Positions 20,181 to 39,064 of a DNA stretch of 64,000 nt are shown piece after piece. Position 1 is the first letter of the stretch. The number at the start of each line of letters is the position of its first letter. The translations under genes were made by a program, and so were the position numbers. Source of the stretch: the human T2T-CHM13v2.0 reference genome, Homo sapiens. The DNA lies in assembly GCF_009914755.1 (NCBI RefSeq), contig NC_060926.1. One strand, 5' to 3'. Below the pieces are notes generated by a model, which was given only the letters and a program-made list of their open reading frames with translations, was not told the DNA's origin and ran no database searches.

Positions 20181-20376
20181 CTGAAATGCTATGAGATAGC
20201 ACAATGCAGCCAGCTCAGAAAGAGCTCGCCATTGAACATTATTACCATGCTGACCCATCTTCAAGAGCAGAGAACCAGCATGCATGTAGAAATGTCCTTT
20301 CATTTCTAAGAAAGTAGCTGACAGTTCATCATTTCCACCCAAAGAAGATTTCGCAGACTGAAGAGCACTATCAAAA
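20181..20376 (-). CDS. RGPD3: RGPD exon 7 (FDSALQSAKSSLGG...CYLIAFQ)
   Basis: 196 nt, ORF 20127..20411, cag/GTAAGT. Confidence 0.92.
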
Positions 20377-20871
20377 CTGTAATATGAAAATATCAAACAG
20401 ATGATACACACTTACTGCACTGTGAATAATCATGGTTCATTTAATTCAAAACAAAATAAAAATTTTATTTCAAGCTTCATCTTCCACATTCAACTTCTAA
20501 TAATTCTTATTCCCCGTGTTATAAATTATGAATCATCTAATGCTTATTTTTATCCTGCATACTTCCTATACTTCATGCTTAACCTCTCAAATGATGTCTT
20601 ATTCCCAGTTATTTCCAGCCCTCCAATCACAGGATAAATATAAGATCAGTGATTATAGGCGCACATTTCAAAATAAACCAGGATAAAGTTGGGAGACTAT
20701 TTTGTAGTTTCTTCCTGATCATATAATTTCATTATTTAATTAACAGTTGTAATTTCTCAAATTAGACATAGCATTTCCAAATTATAAGTAAATAATTGAC
20801 AGGTATTTGAGTATCAATACAGTAATTGCTCTTTTTACTATATAGATCATTACAGCATTAAATAAATTGTC

Positions 20872-24016
<3,145 letters not shown>

Positions 24017-24179
24017 TTAAAGTTATGTTAGTTCTTTTAGATACTGCTCTTACCCTACCAATTTAGGTCACTATGTACTTTTTCAAGAAAATTACCTACT
24101 CCCTGCACTCAGTGAAATGAACTTCTTTCCTTATACCAGATGGGGAAATAAATTAACTTCCAAACAAATGGACAGCCTA

Positions 24180-24398
24180 AACTAGCAATCAGTAAACTTT
24201 TTCTACAAAAAGGAGAAGATTACTAATCTGGCTTTACAGGCATACAATCTCTGCTGCAACCACTCAACTCCAATCTTATAGTATGTAAGCAGCCACAGAC
24301 AATACATAAACAGAGGCATGCTGCATTCCAATAAATATTAACAAAATTAGGCAGGGGCCATATTTGGCCCACAAGTTCTAATCAACAACCCCTGCTCT
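24180..24398. mobile_element. MER58A-like hAT MITE
   Basis: aaactttttct...ggcttt...caactc...gcagccacagacaata...ggccatatttggccc...cccctg resembles the recalled consensus. Confidence 0.65.
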
Positions 24399-24968
24399 AA
24401 ACTAACATCTTTATACAAATCCAAGTGATGTTTTTGTTCAATGGAATTTATTTTCAAAATGGAGACACTGGTTTTCAAAATCAAAATTTAGGAAAAAAGG
24501 TAAATCACATAGTTCAGTTATTTTGTTTCTTAGCTAAAACAGTATTTTCTGAAACACCAGTGATGCTAAGTGCTTATACTAGTACATGTGAACCTAGCCA
24601 TCTGATGACAGATGAACTTTAATTTTCACTCAAGATTATACTATTATAAAAAAATAAAATATGAAATAGCAGTTAGAACATTCATTTTAAGCTTGACTAT
24701 GACAAAACTGAGTATTTAACCATAAGGCTAATTTTAATCAAGCTTGAACTATAAGAGTTCTCTAAAAAGGAAAGTCATATAAAACCAATTAGAACTTCCC
24801 CGTAAAAGAAGAAAAATAAGATTGCCTCCTAGTGGTTCACTGTATTAACTATAACTCCTAGGTACATTATAGAAATAATGATTCAGTAAAGAAATTTAGA
24901 GCAATGAACTTACTGCAAAAAGAAAAACTACAATTTATACTAAAGCATTCTCCTCAAAGTCAACGCAC

Positions 24969-25114
24969 CTTTCCAGTAATTCTCTACTTTCCTGCACATC
25001 TCTAGTGGAAAGCGTAAGAAGCATAAGATTAGCATAGGCCAGCAGTAAGTCTGTATTGGTTGCTCGCCAGTCACTTTTATCAGACTCCAAACACTGTAAA
25101 GACTCCAGATATTC
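24969..25114 (-). CDS. RGPD3: RGPD exon 6 (EYLESLQCLESDKSDW...SRELLE)
   Basis: 146 nt, tag/GTGCGT, RANBP2-like translation. Confidence 0.9.
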
Positions 25115-25459
25115 CTATTTTGTGGAATGAATAGTAAGTTACAAAACTTAATCAAGTGTTAAGAAATTAACCATTTTATGCCTACAAATTCCTTTTCTCA
25201 CTCCAACCACGTTTGTGAAACTACATTGATTTTTACATCAACCTTATAAATGAAAACACCAAAAATATATACATTTATCATAGTTATCTCCCCAATTTTC
25301 CCATTATAAATTCAACTGATCCTGGTAAAAATTTCGTTTTATAACTGTTCTACCTAAATAAAAGAAATTTAAGTCCTGCGGGGCACTGCTGCTTTAGTAC
25401 AAAAAGATGTATGCTAATTGCCTACATAGAAATGTAAAGACCCAATAGCTTTTATCTAC

Positions 25460-25690
25460 CTTAAGGGTCTGTACAACACACGAATTCCACTCTAAACTTG
25501 AACGCAAAGCTATGTTCCTCTCTGCCTCATGGCAGCGGGCCACAGCATCCTTCAATCTTTTAGTTGAGCGATACAACTCCACTAGCCGGATGTTCACATG
25601 GACGTCATCAGGTCTTACATAAAGTTCTGACTGAATCAAGTCAAAAAGTTTATTCCATCCATCTTCACCTTCACAATCTAGAAGCTGTTC
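25460..25690 (-). CDS. RGPD3: RGPD exon 5 (EQLLDCEGEDGWNKLF...CVVQTLK)
   Basis: 231 nt, ORF 25394..25639, tag/GTAGAT. Confidence 0.92.
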
Positions 25691-27704
25691 CTATTTAGAG
25701 GGGAAAAAGAAAAATTATTAGAGTAACACTTGTGCAATTTTAAACAAGTCATGCTCCCAAAAAGCACCATTCCACTATGTCTAGTTTTATGATGATGCCA
25801 CCAAAAACACCATCCTATATACCTTATTCGTCCCTTCTGAGAGTTGCTTACAACCCAGAAACTAAGCCTCAAGAACTGTATGTGAAGAAAAGCATCTGTG
25901 ATTACTGCGGTAGCTCATACTCTCTTCAGAGACTACCAGGACTATTGCCACACATCCCTGTCCATCTGAGTCACCATCAGAAGCCTAGACCTCCCCAGTC
26001 AATCCTCAGCAACAAGGTCCTTATGCTCAAACTGCTCTGTATCTCCTTAAATCTGACTCAATCCCGCATCCCCTCTCCTCCCACTGTTCTGTTACCTTCA
26101 TCATCATCTCAAAGCACTGTCATCACCTCCTGACCTTAAATGAAGACAGTATCATCTCAGGATAACCCCCACTACCATGATGGCTTTTTCTCTCTGAACT
26201 TACATACAAGGAGAGGAAGTAGGGTTTGTGGCCACTCACTTCTCATTTGCGATGCTCTTCCATCAGCCTCTCAAGAAGCTAGGACCATAGGCATGCACCA
26301 CCATGCCCGGCTAATTTTTTTTTAACGTTCTGTAGAGATGGGGTCTTGCCGTGTTGCCCAGGCTGACTACTCAGTTCCTTAATCACCTCATCTCCAGTGA
26401 TGTTATCCTCCACTCCAACCTCAACCATCCACTTGCCACTGACACAGGTCTTCAAAATCTGCATTTTGGTCATACCACCGAAACCACCATACCATCCTTC
26501 TTATTCTTCCACCTCACTGAGGGCCTACATACCCTTACTTTCAGAAATACCACATGACAAGCTCCCTTCAAGACAATAACATCATCAAGTTTTAAACACC
26601 TGTAAACACATATAAATACACACACTTTCTTCTGTCAGGCAAAAAATGCTATAATCCCTTATATCCATAATTACTGTTTGCTTACAGATCCCTTCAACTA
26701 ATTCCCTCTTTTCCTCAGAACCCTCCCAACTGGTTTCTGTGTGCTTAGATTTGGGAAATCATAACCCCAAGCTAACTGATTTCATTTGCATTATCTCAAC
26801 CATCAAACTGGTGCTGCCTAAAACAAAATACCATTTTAGTACTAACAGACTCACTTTCTCCACTCCCTGACACTTCACACCTCCTCCTATTTCCTCAACT
26901 TCCCCATACCTTCCTTTGACCCTCACTTTCAACTTATAACCTAGATTCATCCTTCACTGAGAAACCTGATGCTATCACATATAAATTCCATTTTACCTTA
27001 CCTACTTAAACTCGTCTTTCCCCAACTCTCAAGACCAAGCCGCCCATTAGTACTCTGTATTTCATTCCCCTCTCTCCTTTATCAATTTCTCCTCTTCTGG
27101 ATGAGATGGATGAAACCCTGGCCTCTCCCTATTGCAAAAGCCCTAGTCTTTGACTCTATGTTAAACATTTTTTTAAAAACCACTATGAGTGCTTTTAAAA
27201 AGTTCTATCTCATACTTGAGAGAAAAAGCCTTCTCAACAGTAATACTCCCATTCATTAAACAAATGTCAGAAACTGTTTACCTTAGCAAGCCTTAAATTT
27301 TAGGAGAAATGGAATTACTTTGCATGACAGTTATAAATCTCATGGATTTCAATTCCAAAAAAAAAAATCTGATACAGGAAAGGTGTAACAGTGCCTTCAA
27401 GTTATTAAAGAAAATCTTTAAAGAATGCTTCAAAGTATCTAACTTGTTACACTGCAAGAAAAGAATCTCCTGCCATTACATATGTTCTTTAACACTACTG
27501 ACACCAGATTAACTGGATTGCCACGCCCAATATGGGAGTTATGTTTGAGGCATAACACCTAAGAGAGTAAAGAAATCTGCACAATTAGACCTCATGTTTT
27601 AGACTAATATTTAAAATCCAGCTGCTTATTACTGGGGAGAAAAACTTATCAGTAATATTTATCTTTGGAAGCATCTTCAATGCTTTTTCAGCTTCAAAAA
27701 TCTG

Positions 27705-28665
<961 letters not shown>

Positions 28666-28679
28666 TTGGGCGGGTTAAA

Positions 28680-28907
28680 CAGGTTGAGTATCCCTTATCC
28701 AAAATGCTTGAGACCAGAAGTATTTCAGATTTTGAATTTTTTCAGACTTTGGAATATCTGCAGGATACTTAGCAGGCAGAGCATCCCAAATCTGAAAATC
28801 TGAAATCCAAAATTTTCCAATGAGCATTTCTTTGAGCATCATGTCAGTGCTCAAAAAATTTCAGATTTTGGAGCGTTTAGGATTTCGGATTTTAAATGCT
28901 CAACCTG
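28680..28907. mobile_element. MER46/Tigger4a-type MITE
   Basis: Terminal inverted repeats caggttgag...ctcaacctg; internal quasi-palindromic cagatttt/aaatctg. Confidence 0.8.
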
Positions 28908-29734
28908 TATAAGCATTGGGGGAAAATGAAGTAGCATATAGGATCTTTCTGTGCAATCTTTGCAACTTCCTGTGCAAAAAAATCTATAATTATTTCAAAA
29001 TTAAAATTTTTTAAATTTCTATCAGAAACATATATAATGGGGGTAGGAGGAGGCTAAAGGCAAATATACATTTATAATTTTATATTGTACATACACAATA
29101 AAGTATACATTAATAGATAAAACATTACAATATACATTTTAAATGTTTGCCAAACATATTTGTGTAGATTTTCTCCAGAACAGTTACTTAGTAAACTATA
29201 TTTTACTCTATAAAGAATATCAGGACCAGTCAACACACTAGCAAGAACTTCCTACCATTTTTAGTAATTACGTCTTATATACTAGAGAAACCACCTTTTA
29301 TCTTTTGCTTGAAAACCTTACTATCTCAAAATACAATCCCTTCCACTTTCAGACAATAGTTATTAGAAAACACTTCTTTAAAATATCCCTAAATTGTCAT
29401 CCTGTAGGTAATTTTCACTTAATGAAGCAAAAATTGTATACTAGACAGAACTTAATGTAAATCTTAGCTCTACTTAGTTTACAGCTACTAAACTGTAAAA
29501 TCCCTAAAATATTAATTATTCCAGAAGGGTAAATGAGATGTCACTTATAAAGTATAACAATGCCTAATAAGACAGTAGATGCTGAGAAAGGTTTTAATAC
29601 ACTTTTTAAAAGAAAAATGTTAAAGGAAACACAAACACCTGGGCTTAAGGTTTGCTATTGAAAAGTAATTTAAACTCCAAATATTAGAAATGGTTATGTC
29701 TTAAGTTTTCTCCCTTTATGTTTTGTTTGTTTAC

Positions 29735-29887
29735 CTTTAGTTTATAAATTGCAGGACTTCCTGGGAAAAGTTTTGCTGCTCTTTCCACCCAGTATTCTGC
29801 TCTTCCATCAGTAACATCATTTTTACAAAGCAATTCTGCAATCTTCAACACAAGATCTTTTTGTGTTGGGTTTAATTCCACTGAACG
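29735..29887 (-). CDS. RGPD3: RGPD exon 4 (RSVELNPTQKDLVLK...AIYKLK)
   Basis: 153 nt, overlaps ORF 29684..29881, tag/GTAAAC. Confidence 0.92.
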
Positions 29888-30330
29888 CTAATATCAGAAA
29901 AGAAATTAAAGATTAGTAAATAAATTGTATGTATGTATGTAGGAGTATATATACTTATATACTTATATATAAAGGTTAAAAATTATCACTCCAACCCTTA
30001 AAAAATTCTACTTCTGGAGAAAACATATTACTTCAAAGGTGTTCAAATAAAAGTGTCTTGGAATTTTCTGGAAATGAACCAAATAAAGATTATATTTGTG
30101 TCATTTGAATGCAAAAAACACAAAAGAACACCATTTCTGACCGTGTTAGACTTACAATTTATAGGTGTTAAACAATTCTAAATCTGTTCCAAGCTGTGTC
30201 ACATAACTGTACTATGATACCAATGCCTGTTTTATGATATTCATAAAATATATTTGACTTACTTATATAAATTTCTCTGGGCATCATGTGTTTGGCTATG
30301 CAAAGGCTATATTTGAATCCTATAACTTAC

Positions 30331-30442
30331 CCTGTAACATTCAACGGCTTTCTCTGTGTTTTCTTCCAATTCATAAAGAAGACCCAGAAATCTGTGAGCT
30401 CTGGGATCCATCTCTCGCACATTAATGTAAGTACATATGTAT
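30331..30442 (-). CDS. RGPD3: RGPD exon 3 (YICTYINVREMDPRAHRFLGLLYELEENTEKAVECYR)
   Basis: 112 nt, cag/GTAAGT, frame continuous with exon 2. Confidence 0.9.
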
Positions 30443-32028
30443 CTGTTTTTTAAAAGTAATACAAAAGTAAATTAAACTTAGAACTGTACTTTTAAATGCT
30501 AACCGAAGAATACATCTTAAACCAAAGCAACCACTAAACTCGTTTATATTGTTACTCAAAACTACCACTATTCATACAGATAACTCAAAAGTATTCATAG
30601 AAAGAAATGGGTAATACTTAAAAACACATACATAGAGTTGACCACATACTCATTTTACCATTAAATGTCACATTTACCAAATTTTTCTCCAGTGTTATCC
30701 ACACATAAGAAATGAACATATAAATTGCTTTTTCTTCCTGATCACATTTTAATAAAGCACTAACAGTTTTGCAAATAAATTAGAAGTGATTATAGTAAAC
30801 ATTTTTAAAGTTATCATAATGCAAAATACTAAACAGCAACAATTTCCCAAACAACAAAGGGAAATACACTTACCCTTTAAGCAAGAAAGTAATTTCTAAC
30901 AGTACTATATATCCAGCTAAAATCGAACAGAAGAAAAATTACTAATTACAGTACCAAATACAGGAAATTTCCATTTCTCAAATCAAGTAACAACTAAAAT
31001 AAGTAAATATCCTCTAGGTTCCTTGACAGTATTACCATCAGAGAAATGAGGCCAGACCTAAACTAAGGGATTAAAGTCTCACAGTAAAAAGGTACAAGAG
31101 TTAACAGTCACAGTGCTGCTAGTTACATAATTTATGTACCACCATTTTCCTTTCTTACCAGCATTTCCATCTTCCTTTGGATGCCTTTAAAAGCCTGCCT
31201 CCCAGCTGGGAGCAGTAACACACACCTGTAGTCTCAACACTATGGGAGGCCGAGGCAGGCAGACTGCTGCGCTCAGAAGTTCAAGACTAGCCTGGGCAAC
31301 ATAGTGACACCTGTCTCTACCAAAAAATGCAAACCTTAGCCAGGTCCACGTGGTGGTGCGCATCTGTATCCCCAGCTACTTGGGGCGCTGAGGTGTAAAG
31401 ATCTCTTGAGCCCAGAAGGCAGAGGTTACAGTGAGCAAAGATGGAGCCAGCTGCTGCACTCCTGCCTGAGCAAGAGAGACAGATACTGCCTAAAAAAAAA
31501 AAAAAAAAAAGCCTGCCTCCCTCTTAATTTCCTGCTTTAATCCACTCCCAGTCAGGAAATCAGAATCACCAAGCTTCTTATCCCTAGGATAGAGCCTTAG
31601 AGCATCACATATTGTGTCAATTAAACATCTTTTATACAAGCTATTCTCCTGCCTTACAATTACAGTTTAATTTTTTATTCATTGCTATTTTCCATCTGAT
31701 TAAGGTATCAGATATCTAACCAAAAACAAATTAAGATATAGGCATGGTCCTCTTTTACTTCAACAGAAGACAATTTTTAGAAAAAGTGTTTTAAGCCAAA
31801 CAATTTCTTGCCCTTGGTATAAAGCAGCAGCATGCAGAAAACACTAATTACGGTTTCAATCTCAATGGAATCTAGGCTGGTCCTTAGCATCAGTCTGAGT
31901 GATAAATCCCTTATTCCAGAATACACTTAGGAAGAACTACTAAGGATATATTTTTACCTATTTCAAAGAAGAAAATGAGAAAAGGCATTGATTTTAAAAA
32001 AAGAATACATGTTACAGTTTGTACTTAC

Positions 32029-32096
32029 TTTTTAGCAAGATCATATTCTTTAGCTTCATAATACAGCTTTGCAAAATAGAATCCTCTCGTTGACTT
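32029..32096 (-). CDS. RGPD3: RGPD exon 2 (KSTRGFYFAKLYYEAKEYDLAK)
   Basis: 68 nt, AG/GTAAGT flanks, RANBP2 TPR-region sequence. Confidence 0.9.
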
Positions 32097-32257
32097 CTAA
32101 AAAAAATTAAAAGTTGTTTTACGTTTCATACAGAAATATTTTCCAACATTTTTTCAAAAGTAGTAAAAATCTGCCCTAAGTTTATGTTCAAATATGCCAT
32201 TTTCATTCACTTAAAAGTTTTTTTTAAAGCCTGACAAATGCATAATTCCATGTTTTA

Positions 32258-32380
<123 letters not shown>

Positions 32381-33719
32381 TTATAACATGGTGAAACTCC
32401 GTCTCTACAAAAATAGAAAAATTAGCCAGGCATGATGGCGGGTGCCTGTAATCCCAGCTACTCGGGAGGCTAAGGCACGAGAATCAGTTGAACCCAGGAG
32501 GTGGAGGTTGCAGTGAGCCAGAGGTTGCAGTCAGCTGAGATTGTGCCATTGCACTCCAGCCTGGGCGACAGAGACTCCATCTCCCAAACATCATCATCAT
32601 CATCATCATAAATAAGCTGGGTGCAGTTGGTCACAACTTTAATTCTATTTAATTCTAGCACTTTCAGAGACCAAGGTGGGAGGCTAGCTTTGAGGCCAAG
32701 AGTTTGAAACCAGCCTGTGCAACACAACAAGATCCTGTCTCCAGGGGGAAAAAAATAGCCAGGCATAGTGGAGCATGCCTGTGTTCCTAGCTACTCAGGA
32801 GGCCAAGGAAGGAGAATCACTTGAGCCCAGGAGGTTGACACTGCCGTGAGTTATGACTGTGACACTGCACTCCAGCCTGGGTGACACAGGGAGATCCTCT
32901 CTCTAAATAATAAATACATAACATACAAAAAATAAATTCAAGAAAGCAAGACAAGCAGACAACAGAAGTTAAGAATTTTCATCAGCCTTGGAAATCTTGG
33001 AAACCCTGTGGTACCACTCTCTCACTTAACAAACAAAAGAAACCAGCTTTCTTTGGGGAGGAAAGGTATTCCAGAAATCTCTTCTCCTACCATGTGTAAA
33101 AGCCTCTATGGGAAAGAATAAGTAAGTACTTAGGATCTATTAAGGCACTGAGGATTCCCTGTGCCTCAATAGTACATGTACTGTTCTCTCTACAGATCAG
33201 ATCAGTATTTTACAGTCAAGGAGTCAAAAAGGCAGAAATAAATATTGAATTCTTCAAGTAATAAACAAGGTCCACAGCCTGGCTCCTTGGTTACATAAAC
33301 TCCAAAGTCCAAAATGCTGATGCACACCAGGCTGGGTGCGGTGGCTCACACCTGTAATCCCAGCACTTTTGGAGACTGAGGCAGGTGGATCACTTGAAGC
33401 CAAGAGTTCGAGACCAGCCTGGCCAACATACAGAAACCTCCTTTCTACTAAAAATACAAAAATTAGCTGGGCATGGTGGCACACGCCTGTAATCCCTGCT
33501 GCTTGGGAGGCTGAGGCAAAGAATCGCTTGAACCCGGGAGGCAGCAGTGGGCCAAGACCGCACCACTGCACTCCAGCCTGGGCAACAGAATGATTCCATC
33601 TCATAAAAAAAAAAAAAAAAAAAAAAAAAAAGCTGATACAACCAGAGTATGTTCCATCCATGTGATACAGAGTATACAGCTACTCAAACATCTTATTTTT
33701 GAAATTCCAAGACCCCAGT

Positions 33720-34400
33720 GAATGTCCAAAACGATGAATAGTACCAAACCAGGTTGCCATCAATCGAAACATGTTTCCTGTTTGTGTCCTCCACCCACAA
33801 ATTTAATGTCTTGTCCATCTCAACTAAGCACTTATCACACACTGTGGCTGTAACTTTTGCAGTTTGGGGTGTCACAACAAAACTAGCACAAATTTCTTTT
33901 TCTTTCTTCACAATTTCATGGACAAAAGATTTGTTCTTACCATAGATCTTAGCAACCCCAGTATATGATCTTTTTTCTTTCCTAAGTCAAAAACTCACCT
34001 CTTCACTTAAAGGAAGCACTATATGGCTTCTCTCTGGCATATGTGAACTGCCAGCATCGCTACTCTTGCTCTTTGGTGCCATTTTAAATAAAATAAGGGT
34101 TACTTGAACACAAGCACTGCAATACTCCAACAATTGATCTGATAACTGAGATGGCTAGTATGTAACTAGCAGGTGGGGAGCACATACAGCATGAATATGT
34201 TGGACAAAGGGATGACTTGTGTCCTAGGTAGGACGGAGCAGGAGGCCGTGAAATTTTTATCATGTTATTCAGAACTGTTTGCAATTTAAAACTCATGAAA
34301 TGTTTATTTATATAATCTTCCATTCAATATTTTTGGACCACGGGTGACGCAGGTAAGTAAAACCACGTAAGGCAATACTGTGGATAAGAAGGGACTACTG
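33720..34400. mobile_element. MER44/Tigger7-type DNA transposon remnant
   Basis: Minus-strand peptide KEKEICASFVVTPQTAKVTATV; terminal gtggataagaagggactactg followed by TA. Confidence 0.7.
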
Positions 34401-34632
34401 TACCAGCAACGAACAATCAGAAAAGGAAATTAAGAAAGCAATTCCATTTACAATCGCATCTAAATGAAAAAAATGCCTGGGAATAAATGTAAACAAGGAG
34501 GTGAGAGACTTGTATGCTTAAATTACAAAACGTTGCTCAATGCCAGGCTAACACCTGCAATCCCAGCACTGGCAACAGAGCAAGACTCCATCTCAAAAAA
34601 AAAAAGAACTATAGCAATCTTAACAAAAATAA

Positions 34633-34881
<249 letters not shown>

Positions 34882-36128
34882 TAATCTGACTTCCTCCGCC
34901 TCCCAAGGTGCTGGGATTACAGGCGTCAGCCACGGAGCCCGGCCAGTTCCCCCTTTTCAAAATGAAGAAATAGATTCAAGGTACAATGCCAAAACATAAT
35001 AGAAAAATAATTCCATTACCTTCTTTGCTTCCAACTATGTTATTAAAGTAGACAATCTTAAGATAATTAAACAACTTTACAAATTATTCTTCTGTATGAT
35101 CTTTTGCCTCTAACCTGCTCACTTTACAAGGGAACTGAAGCTCAAGCAGGCAAATGCCTTGTTTAAAGATATATAGCTAGGAAGGAGCACAGCCCATGTT
35201 ATGTAAACAGGACAATATCTGATTCAAGCAGTACTTCTTTGCATGACAGCAGATGTCACTATAAGCAAATACCTGAATTCACTTAAGCTGCCAAATATCA
35301 AGAACTGATGCAGGGCTGAAAACAGGAACAGTAAGACCCTAAGAGATGCCACATCATCGCTATCTTGCACAGTAAGATAGAGATGTAATTGTAATTGTCC
35401 AAAACTTAACATTTGTGGCCTACTTTTTCATTATGCAGTTCTGAATTTCTCTTTTTTTTTAAATTCAAACGGAGTCTCGCTCTGTCACCCATCTTGCACA
35501 GTCAAATGAATCTCCCTCCCCCTAAAATCCTCCAAAAAAGCTGCTGTTCTCAACAAACCCATCTGATCAGCTCCAAATCTGTGGAGTCCCAACAAGGGTG
35601 AAGGCCGTGATTATACAGGACAATGAGGAAAAGTCTAGATACTGAACCATGAGTTCCCCAATCTTCTTCCCCTGGAACATAAGGGTAAGGAAATCTCTCA
35701 AAAGGCAGAACAAACAAAAGAGGAGAATAAGAGAAAAATTAGAGAAACTCCAGCTTTCAGGTAAACATCATTAAAAAAAAGGGTAAGAAATGGTCAAAGA
35801 AATAATACAAGAAATGCTACAGAACTGAAAGAAATGAGTTTCCCAATTGAAAGGACACTTTCAGAAAACCTTTGTTACCAAGAACAAGAATCTCATCAGA
35901 CTCCTAACAACAGAACTTCTAGAAAATGGAGCAATGCTTTCAAAATTGCGAAAAAAATTATTTCAAACTCAGAATTCGATAACCAAATGATCAACTAAAT
36001 TAAGTAAAGACATTTTAAAGACATACCATTAGTTTCCAGACCAGCCTGACCAGTATGGTGAAATCCCATCTCTACTAAAAATAGAAAAAATTAGCCGGGC
36101 ATGGTGGCGCACACCTGTAATCCCACTA

Positions 36129-36278
<150 letters not shown>

Positions 36279-37418
36279 TCAAAGCAAGTGAGACTATGCT
36301 ACACCAAAACAAAGAAAGTAAATGAAGATGACATGAGATACAAGAAACAAAGGGTCTAACTCAGAAAAAAGATGAAGGGAATTCTCAAACTGGTGATAAA
36401 GGGAAGTCCCAAGAGCACAGCTGTGTAGCAAAGAGGAAGAAAACCCAATCCAGGTTGGAGAAGTCGGTTAGTAAGGGTATTCCAGGTAGACAATCAATCA
36501 ATCAATCAATGTTTTAAGCTGAAATTGAACGGATTATGTGACCAGTTTGACCACATTTGAGGGTTTAAGTTGCTGAGTTTAAGTAAGCAAGTAGTAACAC
36601 AACATACAAGCAAACCAAAAAATAAAGCAATTATTCAGTCCAGGAAAAACAAAACTGCACAACAAGGGCAATTCAAATGCAAAATATTTACCTTATATTT
36701 ATATAAATGTTAAATATTCATTTAAACAAAAACTGCAATAACAGTACTGAAAGAATGAGGGGCAAACCAAAGTGTCTGAGGACAGTTTTGGAGGAGCATA
36801 ATAGCCAGTACAGAATGTCTAAAATGGGGCCCGGCGCGGTGGCTCACGCCTGTAATCCCGGCACTTTGGGAGGCTGAGGCAGGCGGATCATGAGGTCAGG
36901 AGATCGAGACTATCCTGGCTAACACGGTGAAACCCCGTCTCTACTAAAAACACTAAAAAATTAGCCGGGTGTTGTGGCGGGTGCCCGTAGTCCCAGCTAC
37001 AGGCTGGGGCAGGAGAATGGTGTGAACCCGGGAGGCAGAGTTTGCAGTGAGCCGAGATCGCGCCACTGCACTCCAGCCTGGACGATAGAGCGAGACTCCA
37101 TCTCAAAAAAAAAAAAAAAAGAAAAGAAAATGTCTAAAATGGGAGAAAGGGAATTAAAAATAACAAAAGTATATATGTGTGTTACTCAGAAGTATGAAGT
37201 ATAGATGTAAAGGGCAGAAAAAACAACTAACAGCTGTCAAAGGTGCCTGCCTGTAGTCCTAAGTACTCAGGAAACAGAGGTAGGAGGATCATTTATGCCC
37301 AAAAATTTGATGAGCAACACAGCAAGACCCTATTCTAAAAAAAATATAAATAAAAATAAGAGCTGTCAAGTAGACTTTGAGAAGTAGGAATCAGCTGCAG
37401 AATAAGAAACCGACTTGA

Positions 37419-37748
<330 letters not shown>

Positions 37749-39064
37749 TAAGAAGGGCAAAAGCACATGTGAGGGAGTAGAAAAATGGCAAAACAAGAGG
37801 AGACTAACAAATGAAAGCACAATGGAAGACTAGAAAGATATGATATACAGACGCATCATCACACTCCAAAACTCCGACATTCTAGAAAGCATGGGCAGTT
37901 CACAGATGGCCAGCCTCTGCCAAACTGGGGGAGAATACTAACCTCTTCATATTCTTCACAGCCACTGCCTCTTCTCCCTCCATTCTTTACCTTCTATCCA
38001 AAGCACCCTGTTTTGTCATTTCACTCAAACCTAACTTCACAGAATAGCTTCACATGTTCCAAAGTTACTCACTAGTTAATCCATATTCCGCTGAAATCCC
38101 CAGGTTCTAATGTAAATGACTTTCAATTTGGGGGAAAAAAAGACTCTAAGTGTAAGAGAGGTGGTCATAATAACCAATCGTCAAAATCTTGCCACCACTC
38201 CACTTTATTTAATGGAGAAGTTATGTAGTTGAAAGAACATTCTAACTTCTGTCTAGACCAGTGGTTTTTAATCTTTTGGAAGCCAAGGTCCCCACTAAGA
38301 ATCTCAGAAAGGCTCTAAGCTTGCTTTTTTTTTTTTAAGCTTGTTTAAAAAAAAAAAAAATCAGGCTGAGCAGAGTGGCTCACACCTGTAATCTCAGCAT
38401 TATTTACATGTAAAGAGGAAAAATACCCTTAAAACATTTGTGGAAAAGGTTAAAAATTGCAAGCCATACTAACGATTTGTAAGAACTTTAGAATTTTTTT
38501 TTTTTAAGCAAAGTCAGCTACCAAAGTGTTCCGGGCAGGGAGGGGGGCGAGGGAGGTGAGTATGAGGAGTGGAGTGGAGCTGGACCCTTACAAAGGGACA
38601 GCGACAAACACCTCATACTCAAAACAAGGGGACTTTCCGTGTCATTTGCGCCGTCGGGCCATTGCAAATGTCCGCGCTGAGATGCCTACCTTGTCACTCG
38701 ACGCAGCCGCCAAAGCTCACCCGGAGCTGCGTCAGTCCCCACTGGGTTCCTCCAGGCCAAGGAGGTATGACCTCCGCCGCAGCATATAAAGTAAATGTCC
38801 AGGAGATGGGAAGAAACCCGCCGATACAGCACCCGGGTGCCCAAGCCCCCGAGAACTAGGCCGCGCGGGTACTACGGGGCCAGAAAGCCCGGGCCAGGAC
38901 GGGCCCAGGAGCGAGCACCGTCGGGAACAAGCGTCGGGAACAAGCCGGGAGAAAGAGGAAGCGCCGGCGCCAACGGTCTCCCGCCCGCAGCGGTCCCCCC
39001 AGGACTCTTCCTGCGCTTGCAAGCGCCACGCCGCCCACAGGACTGCGCCAGCCGGCGGGCGCCG

